In this document: piece by piece, positions 31,076 through 46,053 of the stretch
Position numbering within the stretch: position 1 is the first letter of the stretch
Layout of the letters: each line of letters begins with the position of its first letter
DNA from: the human T2T-CHM13v2.0 reference genome, Homo sapiens
Direction: 5' to 3' (one strand)
NCBI RefSeq assembly: GCF_009914755.1
Contig: NC_060929.1
DNA: 64,000 nucleotides
The notes under the pieces: generated by a model
What the model was told of the DNA's origin: nothing
Databases searched by the model: none
What the model saw: only the letters and a program-made list of their open reading frames with translations
Made by a program: the position numbers and the translations under genes

Positions 31076-33419
31076 CCTGTCTTTTAACTGTGCACATGCC
31101 CCTACCACAGCAGGATCTAGAGTGACGGTGGATCCAACCTCATCATTTCCCCAGACCTCGCCCCAAGGTTCGGTGGTTTTCGTCCTAGTTCCTCTCCATT
31201 TATGCTATCTCACGTCTTCTTACAGTCGCTCCACATCACTTCTCTCCCACCCTATTAAGGGCCATGATGGCACATGAGTAGCAAAGGGGTCATGGAGGGA
31301 CTCGGGGTTAGTATATTCGCCTACCTCCTCCGAAATCTTTCCTTCTGAATTCTGAGTTCCTGACTGAAAGAGGTCAGCTGAGGATTCTTGTTCCTCTCAC
31401 TCCCATGGACTTTGACTTTCCTTCTCATTGTCTGAGGCCTTTCCCACAGCAAGGCCTGGGAAATGGGGGAGCTTCTCAGTTGACATAAGGTTGAACCTTT
31501 GTGCTCCGTGATCTTTTGGTTTCCTCTGAGAATTCATTCTCTGCATCAGGCACTCCAGCCCTAGCTCCTGCAAGCAAGCAGGCGAGCAGTCCAGGGAAGG
31601 GAGAGGGTGGAGGTCAGTCTCCGCACAGTTTAGGCTCTTGCCAAATTCAAGAGGCTGTGGGGCCTCAGTGGAAACCCCAGATTTCCTATTGTACCCCACC
31701 CCCCAGGCAAGTTCTTCCCCACTTCTTGAAACCTTGGTTCTATTGCTGTTCCAAAGAGCTTTTATTCAGTAGGATATATTTCTTCTTGTATTCTGGAAAA
31801 GCTGGGATAAGGTTATAAGCACATAAATATAAAACCACCCCTGGGGCTCCTCTCCTCCTTTGTCTTGGCAGATACTCAAAGTCTGATAAAGCAATTTAGC
31901 CTATCTCCTCTGCAGTTCAAAACTTCCATGGTTGTGTATATGCTTCCTAATGAGGCCAGCTACTTCATCCCTGCCTCGCTAACTTAGCTCCAAGATTTGG
32001 GGGGGTGTAGGGGGAATGCCAGAGCTGGAAAGAAACTTAGTAAAACCACCTCATTTGGCAGGTAAGGAAACTGAGCCTCAAAGATTTTACATGACTTGCC
32101 TGGGGCCGTACAGCTAGCTAGTGGCAGAGTGTATTACTGGCTCTTATAAATATTTGAATCATTGTTAATTAATGATGAGGTCAGATCCTGAGTAGTTACA
32201 TGCTAAGAATTTAAATACAGTAAATAGATTATGTACTCAAAAGTCTAAACACCAGAAGCATCTAACAGCACACTTGGTATGAAAGGATTTGTAAAATATC
32301 TATCCTGTTTTTAAAAAAAATCACTCTGGTGTAATTAAAGAATATGTGATAATGCTATATGTGGATGATGTGATCTACTGGGTTGTGAATGAGTGGGTTG
32401 GTAGTATCATGGCTGCCCGATCCATACCACATGGACAGGATGATCAGAAGGTAATGGGCAGTCACAGTGACCTCATGGGTCTCTTGCTGCTAACACAGAA
32501 GCCCTGACTGTTCTCAGTCAATTACCTATTCAGTAGATAGCAACTGTTTCAAAGCATTGAACTGCCATTGTACAAATATGCACATTGCCTCGTAAATGCC
32601 CTCTTTCCTCAATTAGTATGCTCTTTTAGAATTGAGATATCTAAACTCTAGAAATATTATTAACCCAGAACTGGCCAAATCCTGACATCCTGAGTAAACA
32701 GTCTTAAACCGCAGAGCTCACAGTTGAAGCCACAGCAAATATATTTTAGAAGTAGGTAGGGAACAGAAATAACTTCTAATATTCATTAGGGTTTTTTGGC
32801 CTTCAATATTCATGAGTCTACCTGCAATTTCTACTCATTCCCATTTTTATATGGACAGATAGTCCATAGGACATATAATATCTTCAGGTAATAGAGTCTC
32901 AAAATAGCTGCCAGGTTATCCTTTTCCATTTCATTCATTTTTTTTTTCTTTTTCCTATTCTTCAAAGGTCATCAAACCCAGAAATTGAAGGATCTTGGGC
33001 CTGCCTTGATGTTCATTTCTCTCATCTATAAAATTGAAGGCTGGAGGAGGTAATCCCTGAGGTTCCTTCTAGGTTCTTACCTTCTATAATTTATTAATAT
33101 ATGGAAACACCTCTCTCATCCCCTAAAACCTCAGCATTGACCTTGGAAAGCCTCACTTCTCAGAATCCATCCTATGCTCCCAAGTGCACCTTCCATGGGT
33201 CTTTACGCATTTTATTGTTGCTGTTTATTTTATGGTCTCTTTCTCCAGTGGACCGCAGCCTCCACAGGCTGTTCATCTTTTCTTTTCTAGCCTAGCGCAG
33301 TGCCTGGCAGAATCAACCCTTGTTGCATAAAAGGATAGATCAAATTCTCTGCCTCATACGCACAGCCCTTCATCTAGTGTAGAGTCAGCCATGTAGGCAG
33401 ATACAAATTAGCTCTCCCA

Positions 33420-34048
<629 letters not shown>

Positions 34049-34371
34049 TAGCTCTCCCAAAACCTAAGCTGACTTAAGGGAGTCTCAGTAGTTTGTATTT
34101 GCACTGTTTCTCAATCAGTTGTATGTTTGTGTGAGACACCTGGGACTGCACAACTATGCTAATGTATCACTGGTTAAGTTTATGTGTGCTTTCACCTTTT
34201 TAAGGGGCAGACACATGCTCTGTATTTTTTGGCAACCCTCAAATCGAGGCAGGAACTCAGTAATAACTGCTAACTGGAAAAGTAGCAGGACTGAAGTTGA
34301 AGGACTCAGGATTATGTTCAGGGCCTTGAATCTGAGGGTGAAAAGTGAATGAAAGCAATATATTCACTAAG

Positions 34372-34762
34372 GATTTTATTCAGCTATAACAGAATATCTA
34401 ATTAACAGGGCTTAGACAAGATAGGTGCCTGTTTTTCTCTCATGTAATAAGAAGTCTGGAGGTAGGATGTCTGGGGCTGGTATAGCTGCTCAAGGTCACA
34501 AGATGGTTGCTAAAGCTCCAGCCATCACATATGCATTCTAAGCAAGAAAAAGGAAAAAGAGACCCTATATGAAAGGAGCCTCCCTGGATGCCTCTCCCAA
34601 AAACTTCATGAGCCAGGACTGTATCTTATGTCCACTCCTCTCTGAAGGTGCATTAAGAAATGGCTTTTTGGCTGGGCACTTGCTCCTCGAACATAGGTGG
34701 GTTTCTGTTAGTAAGGAAAAAGCGAGCAGGATACTCTGTAGGGAACTAGAATTCTCTGCCAC
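34372..34762. mobile_element. Old MaLR LTR (MLT1J/K-like)
   Basis: TTTTTCTCTCATGTAATAAGAAGTCTGGAGGTAGG, GGTCACAAGATGGTTGCT..AGCTCCAGCCATCAC. Confidence 0.6.
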
Positions 34763-34992
34763 AGTCCCCTTCTTTGGTTACTGAGACATACCCTTCTTTC
34801 CATTCAAGGCATAGGCCAAGGGAGGTGGCACCCAAGCCTCATCCAGGTAGCATTTCCAGACTAGAGCCCCAGACTTCTGGGTGTTATGTGGTCTTCTCCA
34901 TCAGTGCTAGATAGGGCTTCTTGTGAGCAATCTTTGGTACCCCCAAAATACAATACTGGAAAAGGTATAAAATAAGTACAATAAAAACTTCC

Positions 34993-35745
<753 letters not shown>

Positions 35746-36038
35746 CGGGAGGTCATTCTTCATTCACTGTCCACCATGGCCACTTTTGTGATGGGCACAG
35801 GAAGGACACCTTTTCTGGGGGCTGAACATTTTTTGAAGCCTTACTTGTTGGTGTCAGTTGCAGGTGAGAAAGAGGGAGAGGAAGAGTTGCAAGGTTGCTG
35901 TAGAGATTTAAGCATCCCAGGCTGTTGTGGACCAGGGCTGGAGTTTTTTTTAAGGTATCTAGTCTGTGTGTTTCTGGTCAATTCCTTATGATTTGAATCC
36001 TTTACTTTTTAACTTAGAATCCGCACCTATCTCTCTAA

Positions 36039-36344
36039 TTTTTTTTTTTTTTTTTTTTTTTTTGAGACAGAGTCTCGCTCTTTCGCTCAGGCCGGACTGC
36101 AGTGGCACGATCTCGGCTCACTGCAAGCTCCGCCTCCTGGGTTCATGCCATTCTCCTGCCTCAGCCTCCTGAATAGCTGGGATTACAGGCACCCACCACC
36201 GCACCCAGCTAATTTTTTGTATTTTTAGTAGAGACGGGATTTCACCGTGTTAGCCAAGATGGTCTTGATCTCCTGACCTCGTGATCCGCCCGCGTCGGCC
36301 TCCCAAAGTGCTGGGATTACAGGCATGAGCCACCGCGCCCAGCC
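36039..36344 (-). mobile_element. AluY
   Basis: GCAAGCTCCGCC, GTGTTAGCCAAGATGGTC diagnostics. Confidence 0.92.
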
Positions 36345-36655
36345 TGAATTTTAACTTAATGTATGCTACTTAATGTATGCTGCTGAGAACAGTTGAAACC
36401 GTGGTTTCTGCTGGGTAATCACATTTTTGCCAGCAGACTTACAAACTCCGGCTAGTAGGACACCACTTATCTGCTTCTGATAAAGCTGATTTTTGTAACC
36501 CTGCAAGGGTCCATAATGTGGGCTTCCCAGGCAATTTAGATTGCAGACTCAATGTCAAGAGGGCCTTTCTAAGCAAAGTGATAGTTCTCTTTATCTCTGA
36601 TTGCTTACTGAGTTGGGGAGCTGTAGACTTTGCTGAGAGTGAAAAAGCACCTATT

Positions 36656-36961
<306 letters not shown>

Positions 36962-37749
36962 GGTTAAAAAAGAAAAAGCACCTACCAATATTCTAAATTT
37001 TTCTTACCATTTTTCCTAGCTCCACAACCTCAGTCAACATGTAAATGACTTTGCAACATTCAGCAGTAGGCAATTTGACCAGATACTTCACATTGAACAG
37101 CTAGGGTCAACACTTTCCAGTCCGCAACTTTCAAGTCCTTAACGTCTGCTTCCTGACCCCTCCTGCTCATCCAATTCCACATTATAGGTTCTGTTACTTT
37201 CAGTTCCCCCAACTTCCAGGCACTGAATTCTGTGTTTGGGGTGTAATTCAGATAATTGGTTGGACTGGTAAAAATCCACATAACAGCGACTTAACGACAC
37301 AGGGGTTTATTTTTCCTCTAATTTCTGCTCTTCCCTAAAGGAATGTTGGTGTAACCCTACCCAACAATTTCCACTTTCATCCCATTGGCCAGAACTATGT
37401 TGTATAGCTATCCATACCTGCAAGAGAGACTGCATTTTAGTTTAATTCATTGCCACTCCCAACAAAATAAAGGAAGAGAGAATGAATATCAGGTAGAGAG
37501 CCACACGCTTCTGACACAAACTACATGTTTATCATATGAGGCCCATCCGTGGCTGAGGAGCAGGGACCACCAGGCTGGGTGCTGGCCTGGTTAAGTCAGG
37601 TATAGTTCAGGGGGGCAAGGTCATCAGAAGCAGGCAGGCAGCAGGCTGATGTACAAGGAGCAAGGCCAAGTCCAATGGGTCTGGGTTCTAGTTCTGGCTC
37701 TGTTACTTATGAACTGTGAGACCTTGGGTATGTTAGTTCGCCACTTTGA

Positions 37750-38578
<829 letters not shown>

Positions 38579-38818
38579 TAAGGTGGTTGTGAGGATTGTG
38601 GGGTGGGGGGTGGGGGAACAGAAGAAGAAAACAAGGAAGCTCCTAGCAGAGTGGGGGCACTTCCCCCTCATTTCTTCTGTAGCTACATCTTTCCTCTTTC
38701 ATCCTCGGGCAGCCAGGCAAGTCTTTACCCCAGGGCCTTTGCACCTGCAGTTCCCTCTGCCCAGAACAACCTTCCCACAGATATTCTTGTGGCTCAGTGT
38801 CTCACTTCATTCAGGACT

Positions 38819-39497
38819 TGTTATTGAGCAAGAGAGGCTGACTGCCCCATGCACTAGAAAAGCTTTATAATGGCTGGATGCAGTGGCTCATACCTGTAAT
38901 CCCAGCACTTTGGGAGGCTGAGGCGGGCGAATCACTTGAGATCAGGAGTTCGAGACCAGCCTGGCCAACATGACAAAACCCCATCTCTACTAAAAATACA
39001 AAAAATTAGCTGGGCATGGTGGCCTGCGCCTGTAAGCGCAGCTACTTGGGAGACTGAGGCTGAGAATCGCTTGAAACCGGGAGGCGGAGGTTGCAGTGAG
39101 CCCAGATCGCGCCATTGCACTCCAGCATGGGCAACAGAGTGAAACTGTCTCAAAAAATTTTTAAAAAGCTTTATATTGAAAGTTGAAGGAAACGGGAGGT
39201 CTGGAAAGTCCCTTGGGCACGCACAGTTGTCTCTTCGTGCTAACTCATGGGTCATGTGTGCAAATTTGGGCGGAGTTAGTATGAAATGTGGAAATTCAGG
39301 CTGTGATTTCAGCGTGCTCATTCTGTGCAAACTCCAGGTGGCCATATTAGTTTGAAGCAATTTCAGCCAGTTCTTACAGCTCATGTGCAGGGAGTTTTAG
39401 TTTTCAGCAAGTTACTAATTTAAAAAAAAAATCTGTCATCCTACCAACACAAAAATTTCTGTTATTGGTTTCTTTAATTCTTTGGGGCACAATTTCA
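38819..39497. mobile_element. ERV1-class LTR (MER4 group, subfamily unresolved) interrupted by Alu 38872-39156
   Basis: TGTTATTGAGCAAG..CTGCCCCATGCACTAGAA start; GGAGTTAGTATGAAA..GGAAATTCAGGCTGTG..ACTCCAGGTGGCCATATT; ends in ..TTTCA; Alu TSD AAAAGCTTTATA. Confidence 0.55.
38872..39156 (+). mobile_element. AluS
   Basis: Dimer inside an LTR. Confidence 0.9.
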
Positions 39498-39699
39498 ATC
39501 TCTCAAATGTCACCTTCTCGCTATCCTCTGACATTACCATAGTTACCATCACAGTACTGTCACCATCTGACGTCATAGTGTTTTGCATTTGTTTAATAAT
39601 TCACCATCTTCAGAACACAGGCTTCAAGAAGCTTTCTGGGACATTGTTTTGTTCAGGACCCAGCACATGATAGACACTCAATCAACATTTGTTGAATGA

Positions 39700-40069
<370 letters not shown>

Positions 40070-40120
40070 TAAAAAATTTTTTTTTATTTTTAATTTTTGT
40101 GGGTACATAGCAGGTGTTTA
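40070..40120 (-). mobile_element. Very short 5'-truncated L1MA 3' end
   Basis: TTTTATTTTTAATTTTTGTGGGTACATAGCAGGTGT, the reverse of an L1MA terminus, flanked by a diverged TSD. Confidence 0.6.
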
Positions 40121-42014
40121 CAAAGTTAGTTTCCTTTTAAAATGATAGCATTTTCTAAAAGTGAGAAGAGCATAGGAAGATTAGGTGAAGGTCGAAGAAC
40201 TTGGAATTTAGCAGAGGTCAGAATAGGAGAACGTCTAGAATCCAGGACATCTGGAAGGGAGAGCTAGTACATGACAGCCCGGTGTGAATCTGATTTTAAG
40301 GCAAGGTCTAGATAAACCAGAGGATCCTTTTATACCCCCAGCCACGTTAAGGATCTAGGCTCTGAATTTCGGGTGACCCTAGGCCTATAGAAGATGATTA
40401 GCTTCAGTTAGTTCATTGGTTCTCAACCCTTTTATTGTCCTCACATCCCTGCCTGGAGAAAGATTAAATTTAACTTCTCTGTAACATGAGAAAATAAATA
40501 CTAAGGAATAAGATTTTGTTGGGTAGGATCGAGCTTTGGTAGGAGGAGGAGGATCTGCTAACCATTAGAGCATCTAAGACTTTTTTTGCCTCCCTCAACT
40601 AATTTTCACCCCCTTGTGAGTAAAGTCACCTACTGAGAATGCATGGCTTAGCTGAGACAGGATCCAAGAAAGTTGGTAGATTTTAACACCATATCAGTAA
40701 ATTATCTCAGTAACAGAAGCATTTATTTTGAATGCTAAGGCTAGCAGCTTCAAGCGATTCAAAATTAATTTAAATTATCACAGCTATTTGCTTGAGATGG
40801 CAATCTAATTGGAGAATTATTTATGATACACAAAAATGGACTGGGCTGTTGCAGTGAACCTCCATGTCCAAAAATTGTGCTCACTGTTGAGATGGATTGA
40901 TCTTCAGGATGGGAAGCTTGTAGGCCTTTGCACAGACTAGCCATCCAGGGAGGTCAGTATTTCTAACTGCAGATTTCTGTTCTGTATCTTCCCTGAGTCA
41001 ATGTTTTGCACACTGGAGTGTTTTATTGGATCTTGTGGAACAACCACACTTTTCATAGCATTGCAACATCTCTGTCTTTTCTTACGCCCTGAATCATCTC
41101 AAATCATCGCGAGTGGATATTGATGCTTCTACTTCCCTTGTTTATAGAAAAATCCCAGGCAAATGGGTTGATAGAATAAAGGACTGGAAGGATTACTGGA
41201 AAGCCCTCAATTATAGGTATGGGATTGAAAGGCTGTGTAGCCCATGGACACCTAAGAATAAGACTAAGTGTCTTTGAGGGTGTCCGTGTATTTCCAACAA
41301 TTTTTCCTCTTCTGAAAACTGCTTCCCTGTCCATCCCTCCCACCCTCTTCTAGGGCCTGAGGGTGGGCTCTCAGTGGCCCTGTTGCTATCCTGTGGCCCC
41401 ACCCTCTTGGCCAACAGTGATTGGACATCAGATCCGAGCTGAGCCAATCAGCTTCACTAACTTCCAAAGTAGTAATTAACAACTCGAGTTGCAAAGAGTG
41501 GAAAACAACTCAAGGTAAAGTTTATTTTCATTTAAAGTTTTGTTTAGGTTCATTTTGCTTTACCTTTTTTCTTTCATTTTAAAGTCGTCAAAATTTTACA
41601 ATGTAATTTATTGTAAGGATCGATGCTGTCTTTCTGGTTAGGGCGAGGGCAGCAATGCAGCCCCGTCCAGGATGGCGGAAAGTGAGGACGGGAAAGCTGT
41701 GGGGAACCCAGGGGCGCTCTCTCCCGGTCCTGCGCTTCTGCCCGCCACCGATCAACTTCTCTATTTCTTAGCAGGATGACTTTCTTTGCTACTCAATCCC
41801 CACAGGAGATAGAATCGTTCAAAAGTTCGTTAGTTCAAAAGCTATGACTCCTGCCACAGGGTAGAAACTAGGACTCTTTCAGAGTCGCAGTACTGAGGTC
41901 TCGGGGAAGAACCCTGATTGTCCCAGCGTGGGTGAGATGTCAAGCTCTGGACCATCCCCACGAAACGGAAGGGGAGCGGGAGAGGTGTTATCGCAGACCT
42001 ATTACACACTAATT

Positions 42015-42590
<576 letters not shown>

Positions 42591-42766
42591 TGATATTTAC
42601 TGTTTTTATATGTATGGAGCCATCTCAACTGTGACTAACATCCTGAATCACAGGCTGTTAAAATTGTAATGTAAAGGATCTTTTAAAATGTCTTATAAAT
42701 TATTAGGAGTCTACGATGTGGTAGGTGCTGTGCTGGAGTAGTGAATATATTGATGAATAAGACAGT

Positions 42767-42980
42767 GATCAGCCTGGCCAACAGAGTGAAACCCTGTCTG
42801 GGATTACACACGCCTGGGATTACAGGCGCCTGCCACCACACCGAGCTAATTTTTGTATTTTTAGTAGAGATGGGGTTTCACCATGTTGGCCAGACTGGTC
42901 TCGAACTCCTGACCTTGCGATCCTCCCGCCTAACCCTCCCAAAGTGCTGGGATTACAGGTGTGAGCCACCGCGCCCAGCC
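42767..42980. mobile_element. Rearranged Alu: 33-bp sense fragment fused to antisense partial Alu
   Basis: CAGCCTGGCCAACAGAGTGAAACCCTGTCT then GGGATTACACACGCCTGGGATTACAGGCGCC.. Confidence 0.8.
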
Positions 42981-44236
42981 TTGCATTTCTTTTTAACAAC
43001 CATGTGATTATATAGATGATATTTGCTAAGCTTTTGATTTATTTGGAACCAATTAATAGCTGGCACTCAAGTTCTTTGGAAACGCAAAGCACGCTATATT
43101 GGAAATTTCTTTTTGGTTACTGAGTAATAAGGTCATTTATTATTGACATGGCTTCTGACACCTCTCCCATGCATTATTGTTCCTTGTTAAATCACTTCCT
43201 GAGAAGGCTGGAGAATGTTTTCCACGTTGGATGGCACGGTTTATATTGATTTTCTCTGGGAGAAAGTGAAGTTCAGAGAAGAGCGTGAAAGGGATCACTT
43301 TTCTATGTTTATGGAGAATGGAGGTGAAATTTTTCTTTGGTGGAGAAGGCGAGTTGGCAGTAGAATTGAATTAACCTTTCACTGGGGACTTAATATGTAC
43401 CAGGCACCGTGCAGAATTCAGAGGGAGTGTGAGGCTTTAGCTCTGGTGGGAGCCGCTGGCCCTGCTGTCTGCTGACTGGTGTCACCACTGTATTCAATGT
43501 GTTTAAAAGCAAGGCAAAGAAGGCACCTGTCTTCTCGCCCAGGCATTTGGAGAAACATTCCTCTGGAGGGGATGGCTTTTAGGTTGGCCTGAAAATAAGT
43601 CAGTTTTAACCATTTACCAAAGGAAATGTAGAGATGATACTAAAACCTGGGCTGCAAAGAGCCAGACTTCCCTCTGAATCTACAGGATGGCGAAGTTTAG
43701 GAATGGTGTTGCCCTGGGACGGAGGCGGGATCTCTCCATGGTGTTGATCGGATCTTTCTTCTCTGGGTAGTGTTGTCAGAACAGATTTCTGGAATGGAGA
43801 GCCTTCCTGTGTGTACAGCTGGGCTGACCAAGGCAAATCAACATAGATTTTCTTTTTTTAGGAGTGTAAGATTTTAAATATATGCAGATCCTTCCACAGC
43901 CTTCCACAGGGTCTTGTCACACAGCCTCCTGGTTGGGTGTGAGTTTGATAGTATGTTGGTGAGGGTTGTCTTGGCCAAGTCATCTGGTTTCTCTGCTGAT
44001 CCAGGAAACTTCCTGGAGAAGGCCAGTGTTCCAGAGGCGTCTGTCTGAGAGAAGGGAGTGTCCATACAGCATGGAGGTAGCCACACGGGGGAATGGGGAA
44101 GCGTTAGGTTCTGGGTTTGTGCTTGGTGCCTGGAAAGTACACATGGTCCTTCTGTAACACAGGAGGCTATGTTTTCTAGGTGAGAAGGCTCACTGTTGTA
44201 ACTGGAGCTTTTTGTGTTTTCCTCTTCCTCTCCCAG

Positions 44237-44596
44237 GTGTGAATGAGCCCAGGGAAGGACACACGGCCACTGCTGGAGGGATCCTCCATTCCTGTGTCAT
44301 TTGCATGGGTCCTGCTGTGAAATGAACCTGGCAGGGACTTGTTAGACACTTCCTTCCTTCCCTCATTGAGCACTCCAGTGCCATTGTTCCACAGTTGTTC
44401 TAATTGGGTCCTAGCTTCCTCCTGCCAAGGCAAACAGCATAGTCTCGAGTAGGTGTCCCTAGGCTCATCTGCCAGCCTGAACATGAACACAGGCAAAGCT
44501 GATGATGGCCAGGGACCCCAGGGGACGTGGGGCCCTGTGGGGTCTGGCCCCCAGGAGCAAGACCTCTGATGATGCTGGTGTCTGGGAGTGAGCACC
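44237..44596 (+). other. PDZD2: 5'UTR part of the PDZD2 first coding exon (exon 44237-45072, 836 nt)
   Basis: Strong acceptor: tttttgtgttttcctcttcctctcccAG|G at 44235-44237. In-frame stops TGATGA at 44567-44572 precede the ATG, so the upstream part is non-coding and exon 1 lies outside the window or is unrecognised. Confidence 0.85.
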
Positions 44597-45072
44597 ATGC
44601 CCATCACCCAGGACAATGCCGTGCTGCACCTGCCCCTCCTCTACCAGTGGCTGCAGAACAGCCTGCAGGAAGGTGGGGATGGGCCGGAGCAGCGGCTCTG
44701 CCAGGCGGCCATCCAGAAGCTGCAGGAGTACATCCAGCTGAACTTTGCTGTGGATGAGAGTACGGTCCCACCTGATCACAGCCCCCCCGAAATGGAGATC
44801 TGTACTGTGTACCTCACCAAGGAGCTGGGGGACACAGAGACTGTGGGCCTGAGTTTTGGGAACATCCCTGTTTTCGGGGACTATGGTGAAAAGCGCAGGG
44901 GGGGCAAGAAGAGGAAAACCCACCAGGGTCCTGTGCTGGATGTGGGCTGCATCTGGGTGACAGAGCTGAGGAAGAACAGCCCAGCAGGGAAGAGTGGGAA
45001 GGTCCGACTGCGGGATGAGATCCTCTCACTGAATGGGCAGCTGATGGTTGGAGTTGATGTCAGTGGGGCCAG
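44597..45072 (+). CDS. PDZD2: PDZ domain-containing protein 2, first coding exon (residues 1-158 plus 2 nt, phase-2 donor)
   Basis: Translates MPITQDNAVLHLPLLYQWLQNSLQEGG...VGLSFGNIPVF...CIWVTELRKNSPAGKSGKVRLRDEILSLNGQLMVGVDVSGA, recognised from memory as the PDZD2 N-terminus. PDZ motifs present (GLSF loop, SPA..SG...DEILSLNG). ATG in gcaccATG context (A at -3); ends at consensus donor CAG|GTAAGT. Confidence 0.96.
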
Positions 45073-45078
45073 GTAAGT
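45070..45078 (+). promoter_or_regulatory. 5' splice donor CAG|GTAAGT
   Basis: Perfect U1 consensus at the end of the PDZD2 ORF. Confidence 0.93.
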
Positions 45079-45289
45079 AGGGGGAATGCCTGCTGGCACA
45101 GGGGCTGGACACGGGAACCTGGTGGTTCCCAGATCTGCAGCTGCAGAGGTTTATGAATCCTGCCAATAAGAAGCTGATGGCATAAGAAATGTCTCATTTA
45201 AACCCCCTCATCCATTCAACGCAGCATCACATCTTCAACTGGAGCACCAAAGGTTGGGTCTTGGATGTGTTTTCATCTGCCTATCCCAT

Positions 45290-46053
45290 ATCACCTTAGT
45301 CCCAGCAACCGTGAGGCTCCCAGACTCACAGTCCAGAAGCCCCACCCTGGAAGATCCACTTTGATCTTATCTGAATGCATTGAATACTCTCGAGCATATT
45401 TCTGTTTTCTACCCACACGGCCACCCACCACCATATTAAGTTATTGGACTGTCTTGGTGTTTCCCAGGTGAATCAGGGAACAAGACCCCAAGGGCCCCAA
45501 GACCGTTCTCAGGTTCAGTGATTAACTAGGACTCACAAACTCAGAAAAGCAGTCATATTTCTAGTTTCAGTTCATTACACCGAAAGGACACAGATAAACA
45601 TCAGCAAATGTAAAAGACACAGAGAGTAGAGTCCGTGGAGACCAGGCACAAGCTTCCAGTTGTCTCTCCCAGTGGAGTTGTGCAGACGGTGCTCAGTTCT
45701 CCCAGCAATGATGTTTGACGCCAACCAGGGACACTCACTCAAATCTTGGTGTCCAAGGTTTTTTCTTGGGGGTGGGTCATGTAAACATGGAGTACCTGTG
45801 TGGCTGAGCTTAGCTACTCCTCTCCAGTCCCTCCAGAGGTCAAACTAATGCCACATGACCCAAGTCTTCTACCATTAAGTCACATTCTTAGCATAAACTC
45901 TCTGGCAAGGCCAAACACCCCCAGGTATACAAAGACACTCTTGTCAAGCAGGATATTCTGAGGGGTTAGATCTTATCTCCCAGGAGCCAGTCCTTTCTTT
46001 GGAATGCACATGGTCTCAATACCCCACCCCTGGTGAGTTAACCCTTCACTACA
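45290..46053. mobile_element. MER21-family LTR
   Basis: GGGCCCCAAGACC..CTCAGGTTCAGTGATT..CTAGGACTCAC..CTCAGAAAAGC, GAGACCAGGCACAAGCTTCCAGTTG..TCTCCCAGTGGAGT, AAAGACACTCTT..CAGGATATTC; left boundary uncertain. Confidence 0.65.

Noticed and set aside
36354-36381. 14-bp duplication containing TAATGTATGCTA, the loxP core
   Set aside because: The 13-bp inverted arms are absent; chance match in a small tandem duplication
44588-44596. ORF-track start at GTG 44588 and stop at 45076
   Set aside because: The true start is ATG 44597; the TAA lies inside the splice donor
44176-44923. Antisense ORFs of 146 and 152 aa over the PDZD2 exon
   Set aside because: Shadow frames of a GC-rich exon with no independent gene signals
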